From positions 1-44,571 of IMG/VR virus record IMGVR_UViG_3300031555_002573: 44,571 bases of DNA. One strand, 5' to 3'. This DNA comes from a virus (Duplodnaviria; Heunggongvirae; Uroviricota; Caudoviricetes). The stretch's first letter is position 1. The number at the start of each line of letters is the position of its first letter. Of this stretch, positions 18,119-25,196 are shown piece by piece. The notes beneath the pieces were generated by a model. It did not search any database. It had not been told where the DNA came from and worked only from the letters and a program-made list of their open reading frames with translations. Both the position numbers and the translations under genes were made by a program.

Positions 18119-19491
18119 GATTTCTATTATTAGAAAAATCAAAGTCTAAGAAAAAGAGTAATAACAAGAAAGTTAACTCAAAAGATAATCCAGTAGCCTC
18201 TACTAAGGGTCAAAAACGAAACATCCCATTAGAAAGTAAGATTAATAAGACAGTAAAGTATAAGGTAAAAGACCCAGCGATTAATGACCTCGTACAAAAA
18301 AGTATTGAGAAGTTCGGGTATGACCTTTCTGATAATGTTTTTCTTGCTTTTATATGTGATGATAGATTAAAATTCCCATTAGATTCCAAGCATTATGAGG
18401 CAATAAAAGTATTATATGACAAGATGATGAGTAAGGAATTATCTAAAGATATAGATTTCTTATACGATTCCTCTTTGTATGAAAGGCCCGCCTCTGATAT
18501 AATTAAAACATTACAACTACTCGTAGCACACAAAAACAAAGAATGGGTAGCCAATCATTATGCAGAGCCATCTATTGTAGATTTTATGAAGTTTTACACT
18601 AAGGATGGCAAGATAAAGGATTTAGAGTCTTTAATGAAATTATGTGATGATTGGGAAGCACAATCATCATCAGCCTATAATGGTCCTAATTATTTTGAGA
18701 CAGATAAGATACTGAAGGGATACAATAAACAGGCTGGCACCAGTGACCAGATAAATTATATAAAGACACAAATTTTTAGACTTCCAAAGTTTAAGTCTTT
18801 GTTTGGTGTTAGGGAAGTTATTAAAGATAGTATATTAAAATTTGGAGCAGAAAAGAGTAGAAACCCATTTTTGAGATATGCCCTTTCTTTAACTTTCCCA
18901 CTTAAAGACACCAAGAAGTACAGAGAGAAATTTAGATATTTGTACAATATGTACTTAAAAAATGCCATAGATTTAGATATGGAAGTTTTAAAAAATCCCA
19001 CCTTATTTGAACGAAGCGACAGAGAGTTTGCCTATACTGTAAATGTTTTTGATACTTGTTCAACGCCAGAGAAAGCCAGAAAGTATCTAAAAAATGTTGA
19101 TGTTATAAATATCGATGAATTTATGGATGGCAATACAGTTAAGCCTGCTGGAATAGACAAGAGGCCAGGAGACACAATTTGGAATAAGATAGAGGAATGG
19201 TCTGAGGATAATGAGGTGACCCCGACTGATGGGCGTAATAAAAAAGACACTGAAGATTTATCTGTCGATGATTTGAGGTCTATAATGAATAAATATAAAG
19301 ACCTATCAAGAAACGATATTCAGAAAAAACTGGAAACATCTGGCAAATTGAAAAAGGGTACCATTATTTATAGTGAATATATAGATAAAAATGCTGCCAA
19401 CGATAAGGACAGAGGATTTTGGAAATGGACAGGCAATGCATGGGAAAGATACACTACAGATAATACAAAAATAATTGATAAAACAACTTAA
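18115..19491 (+). CDS. Hypothetical protein with an internally duplicated domain
   Basis: ATGA overlap with the previous gene; begins MRFLLLE-K; two homologous ~115-aa segments. Confidence 0.65.
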   Translation: MRFLLLEKSKSKKKSNNKKVNSKDNPVASTKGQKRNIPLESKINKTVKYKVKDPAINDLVQKSIEKFGYDLSDNVFLAFICDDRLKFPLDSKHYEAIKVLYDKMMSKELSKDIDFLYDSSLYERPASDIIKTLQLLVAHKNKEWVANHYAEPSIVDFMKFYTKDGKIKDLESLMKLCDDWEAQSSSAYNGPNYFETDKILKGYNKQAGTSDQINYIKTQIFRLPKFKSLFGVREVIKDSILKFGAEKSRNPFLRYALSLTFPLKDTKKYREKFRYLYNMYLKNAIDLDMEVLKNPTLFERSDREFAYTVNVFDTCSTPEKARKYLKNVDVINIDEFMDGNTVKPAGIDKRPGDTIWNKIEEWSEDNEVTPTDGRNKKDTEDLSVDDLRSIMNKYKDLSRNDIQKKLETSGKLKKGTIIYSEYIDKNAANDKDRGFWKWTGNAWERYTTDNTKIIDKTT

Positions 19492-19512
19492 TAATTTTAG
19501 GAAAAATATTGT

Positions 19513-19932
19513 ATGATATTAGTAGTGGATAATAAATACATAAATAAAGGGTTTATATTGTTTTTAAAAAGAAGAATTCTATTTCGATTAGTACAATCTA
19601 TAAACATAAAGAAATTATCGATGTATGACGAATATTTTAATGATGCTTTTAAGGACGAAGAAATAGATGATGTAATAATTTCAACCAAGAAAGTGATTTT
19701 GTTGGCTGGTAAAAATTTGTGTTCTGATAGATTTGATACTGAAACTCATATATACATAAACCCAAATATAAATTATCCGAACACAAATATTAAATTAATT
19801 GATTTGTGTAAAATAATAAATTATGGAACATTATCTATAGAACCCTATCCCATATTCTCTGATTGTTTCAATCATTTCCATAAAGGAATAAAAAGATACA
19901 TAAATATGTTCATATCGGGGGTGCAACTATAA
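19513..19932 (+). CDS. Hypothetical protein
   Basis: 139-aa ORF filling the gap in the operon; very AT-rich. Confidence 0.55.
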   Translation: MILVVDNKYINKGFILFLKRRILFRLVQSINIKKLSMYDEYFNDAFKDEEIDDVIISTKKVILLAGKNLCSDRFDTETHIYINPNINYPNTNIKLIDLCKIINYGTLSIEPYPIFSDCFNHFHKGIKRYINMFISGVQL

Positions 19933-20526
19933 GTGTCTGTGTATTTGTATGATGAGGCTTTTGTTGAAAAGTTGAGAAATTGGACACAATCTACTAACAT
20001 AGAAGTATATAGTCCAGATGATACAAGAAGACTTTTTGAAGTTATGGCAGACAAGTCAAATGACTCTCCTATAAAATTGCCTATTATTTGCTTGAGAAGA
20101 AAACAAGGTATTAAGGTTTCAAATGCAAACAAAAAACCTTTAACATTTGATGGCATGACCCTTGAGGCAAACATAGAGAGAAGTCTACAACTAAATGCTA
20201 TACCAATTGATGTTAATTATCAATTGGATATATATACAAGATATTTTAAAGAAGCCGACGAGTTTCTTAGAAATCTTACATTTAATATCATAAATTATCC
20301 TAAACTTCCTATTACAATACATTATAATGATTTTGAGATTGTACATAATTCATTTATTCGTATGTCTGAGGATGTAGAAGATAATTCAAGTGTTCCAGAA
20401 AGACTTATCAATGGTCAATTTACAAGATTTACATTCAACATAACTATTGATGACGCCTACTTATGGGATACAAGAATTAGAGATAATTATGAGATTAAAC
20501 TCGCAGAAATTATTGTAGAAGACTGA
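19933..20526 (+). CDS. Tail terminator / sheath stabiliser (T4 gp15-like)
   Basis: GTG start; IKLPIICLRR and AIPIDVNYQLDIYTR...EAD motifs; immediately before the sheath. Confidence 0.7.
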   Translation: MSVYLYDEAFVEKLRNWTQSTNIEVYSPDDTRRLFEVMADKSNDSPIKLPIICLRRKQGIKVSNANKKPLTFDGMTLEANIERSLQLNAIPIDVNYQLDIYTRYFKEADEFLRNLTFNIINYPKLPITIHYNDFEIVHNSFIRMSEDVEDNSSVPERLINGQFTRFTFNITIDDAYLWDTRIRDNYEIKLAEIIVED

Positions 20527-20574
20527 TAGATGATTAAAGTTAGATAAATATTTTATATAAAGGAGATAAAATAA

Positions 20575-22590
20575 ATGCCTAGTATAAAGATTAGCGAAAT
20601 AGACCTTACAAAAGGTGGCGGTGCTGCTGGAAGTTCAGACATTGTGTATGTCCCTGGATTTATGAGCATCATTCAAAACTATCCTAACCCAGAAAAGAGC
20701 GCATGGTTGGATGGTACAGAAACTGCTGCCGCCGCTAGAACCCCTATCTTATGTGATTCAATTTCCAAGTTCGAAGAGTGTTTCGGCTCAAAACCTCACT
20801 ATTTTACCGAGGATGTGCTATACGAAGTTATAGGTGCCGAGGGTATTGATGGAATTGAATCTACAGATGTTTTTATTAAGAAGGGAGAACCTGATAAGTC
20901 TTACCTATATGCTAAAGAATTGATTTCTCTTGGAATCCCAGTTCTTTATGAAAGTATGAATGATGTAGACACAGAGCCTTCTGTATCAGATTTGTATAGA
21001 GCATTAGCATCAGATTGTTATTTAAACTTGTCCGATATGGGAGAATATGATGTTAAATATATAACTTCTGGTGGTTATCCTATATTTGAATTAAAGAGTA
21101 CTGAGACGAAGACTGTAGAGAATTACACTATTGGTACTAGTGTAACTGTTAGTGTTGGTGACGATGTTAAAAATGAGTCCAAAGCATTTTCACTATTTTG
21201 TGATGGTGAAAAATGGAAGGTATATAATACTGTAAATGATACTGAAATCGAAGATACCAACTACACCTTTATGATTGACGAGGCAAACTCAAACGAGACT
21301 CTAAATAAGTTTGTCTTTAAGTGTCACAAGGCGGAGGAGAGTGTAGTTGATTTTGTTGTCAGCGAGTTTACACTAACATTTGATAATGATAATAGACATT
21401 ATGTCAGTGGAGATGTTCTTAAAATAGAAGTGAAAGCTGGCACCACCACAAAATCCTCTACCCCTGTTCCCACTGTAACCACAGAGTATAAATATTTGTC
21501 CCCAACTATAAACGTTAATATGGAGATGTATCTTTTAAAATCTGAGGGATTGGTATTGAGTGATGTTACAGACAGCACAGTAAGTGAATGGACTCCTACT
21601 ATCTTTGATTATGATGGCGACAAATGGAACAATAACTCTCCTGATGCCAATGATGGCACATTATCAGATTACGGCATTGTTCTTAAAGGAGATGATAATT
21701 CAGAGTTTATACCTCACAAGGGTGACACATTATCAATAACTTTGGATATTTCCAAATCTGAAAGTTCTAACGGAATAGCAACAAAGATGACATCTTTGGC
21801 CGCTAACAGAGGAGATTGTGTGGCACTTCTTGACCATCTAGACCGTCCTGATAGAAAGCTAGTTGGAAACTTATCTGTGTATGAATCATTTAGAAAGTTT
21901 GGCAAAGCTAATTCCAACTCTGATTTCGCAGCCGCGTTCACTCCTTGGGTAAATATCTCATGTACTTCTTACATTCCACCAGTTGGCACAACGAATACTA
22001 CTTTCTCTATGCCTCCTTCACTTGGTTATTTATTGGCATTGGCTAAATCAATTAAAACTAATGCTAACTGGATTGCTGTCGCGGGTGCTACAAGAGGTCA
22101 AATTCCAAACTTGAGTTCAGATAAGCCCTTAAATATAAATTCAAGATTGACTAACGCTATCGCAGAAGAGAGATATCAAAATAGAGATGATGTTTCTATA
22201 AATGCTATAACTAATATTAACCCATTTGGATATAGAATTTGGGGAAATAGAACTCTTAAACATAATGGTGTAGAAAGAAATGTCACAGCTACTTCTTTCT
22301 TGAATGTCAGAAATATGGTAAGTGATATCAAAAAAGTTGTTTATGCTACTTGTAAAAGATATACATTTGAACAAAATAATGACATTTTGTGGACCAACTT
22401 TAAGGCTGGTATTGAACCTACTTTGGAACAAATGAAGTCAGGTGCAGGGCTTAGTGGTTATAAGATTATTAAGAACCCCACAACAGAGAAAGCAAAACTA
22501 ATTGCTACTATTAAGTTGTATCCATTGTATGCAGTTGAAGATTTTGAAATCACTGTTACTATGGAAGATGAAGAAATCGCGGTTTCTTAA
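20575..22590 (+). CDS. Contractile tail sheath protein
   Basis: MPSIKISEIDLT start; RGDCVALLD, AAFTPW, MPPS, WIAVAGATRG, INAIT, GYRIWGNRTL, FLNVR, FEQNNDILW. Confidence 0.93.
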   Translation: MPSIKISEIDLTKGGGAAGSSDIVYVPGFMSIIQNYPNPEKSAWLDGTETAAAARTPILCDSISKFEECFGSKPHYFTEDVLYEVIGAEGIDGIESTDVFIKKGEPDKSYLYAKELISLGIPVLYESMNDVDTEPSVSDLYRALASDCYLNLSDMGEYDVKYITSGGYPIFELKSTETKTVENYTIGTSVTVSVGDDVKNESKAFSLFCDGEKWKVYNTVNDTEIEDTNYTFMIDEANSNETLNKFVFKCHKAEESVVDFVVSEFTLTFDNDNRHYVSGDVLKIEVKAGTTTKSSTPVPTVTTEYKYLSPTINVNMEMYLLKSEGLVLSDVTDSTVSEWTPTIFDYDGDKWNNNSPDANDGTLSDYGIVLKGDDNSEFIPHKGDTLSITLDISKSESSNGIATKMTSLAANRGDCVALLDHLDRPDRKLVGNLSVYESFRKFGKANSNSDFAAAFTPWVNISCTSYIPPVGTTNTTFSMPPSLGYLLALAKSIKTNANWIAVAGATRGQIPNLSSDKPLNINSRLTNAIAEERYQNRDDVSINAITNINPFGYRIWGNRTLKHNGVERNVTATSFLNVRNMVSDIKKVVYATCKRYTFEQNNDILWTNFKAGIEPTLEQMKSGAGLSGYKIIKNPTTEKAKLIATIKLYPLYAVEDFEITVTMEDEEIAVS

Positions 22591-22623
22591 TTATAATTAA
22601 TAGAGTAAAGGAGATTATAAATT

Positions 22624-23250
22624 ATGCCTATTAGAATAAATGGTACAGATAGACCTAGTACTATAAATCAAAGTAGTTCTACTCCTATTGGTACTTATCA
22701 TCTTGCTGCTAATACAAATTTGTATGAAATTCAAAGAACAAATAACTTTGAATTTATAGTCACAGATATAGATGGTATATCAAGAGCAGGAATGCTCGGT
22801 GGAGAGACCAATGGCACAATTGGCAATGCTCAAGAGATTCTTAGATTGTCTGTGTCTTCTGCCTCTGTTCCTCACTTCCAACAAGCAGCAATTGAGGTAA
22901 AAAGAGGAAACAGTTCAATGAAATTTGCCGGAGTTCCACAGTTCTCTTCCGGTGAAATTAAGTTTAATGACTATATTGGAGCCTCCGCAAAAGAGACACT
23001 TCTTGCTTGGCAAAACCTTTCTTACAATGTTGTTACAGAGAAAGTTGGCTTGGCAAGCGACTATAAGAAGGATTGCTACTTGATTGAGTACACCCCTGAT
23101 TATCAAAAGGTTAGACAGTGGAAGCTACACGGTTGTTGGGTGTCTGAGCTACAAGAGGATGCTTTTGACCACGACACTAACGACAAGAAGAAAATTACAT
23201 TGAAAATCGAGTATGATAGAGCAGAACTCGATACAAGTGAAATAGTATAA
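22624..23250 (+). CDS. Tail tube protein (T4 gp19-like)
   Basis: Follows the sheath; QRTNNFEF, MKFAG, LLAWQ, YKKD, RQWKLHGCWVSEL, IEYD. Confidence 0.88.
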   Translation: MPIRINGTDRPSTINQSSSTPIGTYHLAANTNLYEIQRTNNFEFIVTDIDGISRAGMLGGETNGTIGNAQEILRLSVSSASVPHFQQAAIEVKRGNSSMKFAGVPQFSSGEIKFNDYIGASAKETLLAWQNLSYNVVTEKVGLASDYKKDCYLIEYTPDYQKVRQWKLHGCWVSELQEDAFDHDTNDKKKITLKIEYDRAELDTSEIV

Positions 23251-23255
23251 TTACT

Positions 23256-23299
23256 TTTATGAGGGAGGCATACTGCTTGCCTCCCTCATAAATACTTTT
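23256..23299 (+). terminator. Hairpin / probable intrinsic terminator after the tube gene
   Basis: TTTATGAGGGAGGCA-loop-TGCCTCCCTCATAAA (15-bp stem), then TACTTTT. Confidence 0.75.
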
Positions 23300-23313
23300 A
23301 TAAGGAGGACATC

Positions 23314-24117
23314 ATGATACATATATTAAATGAAGATTCTAGGACTAAATTATTAACTAAATCAAAGTCCTCCGCTAAGGGTAAACAGAGATTTAATAGA
23401 AGGTCAAAAAGTCGTGTTGCTAACAATGTTCGTGAATATAATTCTATTGATATGAACAAGTTATTCAAAGAAGATATATTGACTGTAAATATTTCTGTTA
23501 AAGGAGAGACAAGTGATTATACTGTTAAGATAAGTTTTGGAGGATTTTTAGACATATTACGAGACCTTATAGATGAAAATCCAAATGAGCTTAACTTGAG
23601 AAATATAACTAGAGCCCTTATTACTGGATTTAACAAAGACGATGTTTATATTTTTTGTAGTTGTCCAGATTTTCACTACAGATTTGGATACTGGGCCACT
23701 AAAAATAAATTAAATAGTGGTAATCCTGAGAACAGGCCCTCTAATATTACAAACCCAAACGATTCATTGGGTAGCGGATGTAAACATATTTTATTAGTGT
23801 TGAGCAACAATAGTTGGTTGATAAAGGTAGCTAGTGTTATAAATAATTATATTAAATATATGCAAAAACACTATCCTAAACTTTATGCAGACATTATTTA
23901 TCCAGCTATATTTAATAAAGAATATGAAGAGCCAGTTCAATTGACATTTGACGATGATAAGTCACTTGCCACAGAGGTTGATACTGATACTCTTGACAAG
24001 GCGAATGAATACGGAAAGAAATCTACTCAATTCCAAAAGGGAAATACTCAAGGTGTTAGATTTGCTAAGAACGACACTGTTGATGATGACCAAACCACCT
24101 TGTTTGATGATGAGTAA
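23314..24117 (+). CDS. SWIM-type zinc-finger protein
   Basis: AAGGAGG SD; CSCPDF ... GCKHI (CxC...CxH); begins MIHILNE-D. Confidence 0.7.
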   Translation: MIHILNEDSRTKLLTKSKSSAKGKQRFNRRSKSRVANNVREYNSIDMNKLFKEDILTVNISVKGETSDYTVKISFGGFLDILRDLIDENPNELNLRNITRALITGFNKDDVYIFCSCPDFHYRFGYWATKNKLNSGNPENRPSNITNPNDSLGSGCKHILLVLSNNSWLIKVASVINNYIKYMQKHYPKLYADIIYPAIFNKEYEEPVQLTFDDDKSLATEVDTDTLDKANEYGKKSTQFQKGNTQGVRFAKNDTVDDDQTTLFDDE

Positions 24118-24163
24118 GATTAAATATATTTATTTTTAAAAGTTGTTGTTTTCTTAACATTTT

Positions 24164-24172
24164 TATTGTATA
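24164..24172 (+). promoter_or_regulatory. TATTGTATA motif within an inverted repeat
   Basis: About 55 nt before ATG 24227; forms the left arm of TTTTATTGTA...TACAATAAAA. Confidence 0.5.
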
Positions 24173-24226
24173 ATAATTATGTATGACATAATACAATAAA
24201 AATATTTTAAAACAAGGAGACAACAA

Positions 24227-24982
24227 ATGGATTACACAATTGCAGAGAACTATACCCTTCCATCGCTGGGTAAAATTTATGATGTTGAGGTAAATCCTTA
24301 CATTAAATTACGCAGCATGACCACCCAAGAAGAGATGAAAAGACTATCTCCTTCTGACGGGGCGTACAAAAATATTTGTGAAATTATAGATGATTGTTTA
24401 GTAGAGAAACCTGGTATATCAAGTTATGATATGCATTTGGGTGATTATCAATTTTTATTACATAAGTTGAGAGTGGTTACATATGGGCCTGAGTATCAAG
24501 TTACTTCAAGTTGTCCATTTTGTGCCGGAATAAATTCATCTACAATCAGTCTAGAAGATATCCGAGTGTTTGAGTATGACGAAGAGGTAAGAAAATACTT
24601 TGAGTTCGATTTACCAAAGTCAAAGAAACACATTAAGTTGAGAATGCAGACACCCAGGATATTAGATGAGATTCAAGAAAGAGCAAAAGAGATTAAGAGA
24701 AAATCATCTAATACATATGTGGGTGACCCTGCATTCTCTCTTTCTATTGAGTATATGATTGCGGAGATAGATGGGGCAAGACCTAACCCACTACATCTAT
24801 CAGATTTTGTTAGAAAGTTGCCAATGATGGACACAAATTACATCATTAAACATTGCCAAAAAATAAATGAAAGTATCGGGTTGGACACACTACTCGATAA
24901 CACTTGTGATGTGTGCGGGTTAGATTATAAGAATCGATTTCGCGCAAACAGTGAGTTTTTTGGACCCTCTATTGACATCTGA
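24227..24982 (+). CDS. Baseplate hub / tail assembly chaperone (T4 gp26-like)
   Basis: YTLPSLG, LRSMTTQEE, DYQFLLHKLRVVTYG, CPFC and CDVC Zn pairs, ends EFFGP; lies between tube and tape measure. Confidence 0.75.
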   Translation: MDYTIAENYTLPSLGKIYDVEVNPYIKLRSMTTQEEMKRLSPSDGAYKNICEIIDDCLVEKPGISSYDMHLGDYQFLLHKLRVVTYGPEYQVTSSCPFCAGINSSTISLEDIRVFEYDEEVRKYFEFDLPKSKKHIKLRMQTPRILDEIQERAKEIKRKSSNTYVGDPAFSLSIEYMIAEIDGARPNPLHLSDFVRKLPMMDTNYIIKHCQKINESIGLDTLLDNTCDVCGLDYKNRFRANSEFFGPSIDI

Positions 24983-25175
24983 TGGAAAGCCATATGCTCC
25001 TGTAAGATTTAGAGAGATTTCTAAAGAAAAATATCTAATCTCAAAGTATTGCCACACTTCGTATTCGGATGTGGATAAGATATCCCCCACTGAGCGTGGA
25101 TTCTTATTGGAGTTTATCTATGAGGAAATTAAAAAAGAACAAGATGCCTATGCTGAGGCGACAAGAAAAAAATAA
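24951..25175 (+). CDS. Small chaperone-like ORF (gp51-like / lambda T-like position), possibly reached by frameshift
   Basis: Overlaps the 3' end of the previous gene in the +1 frame; no SD before the GTG; SYSDVDKISPTERGFLL resembles tail-chaperone C-terminal domains. Confidence 0.6.
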   Translation: MSFLDPLLTSDGKPYAPVRFREISKEKYLISKYCHTSYSDVDKISPTERGFLLEFIYEEIKKEQDAYAEATRKK

Positions 25176-25196
25176 TGAGCAAAGGAGTTGATAGGT

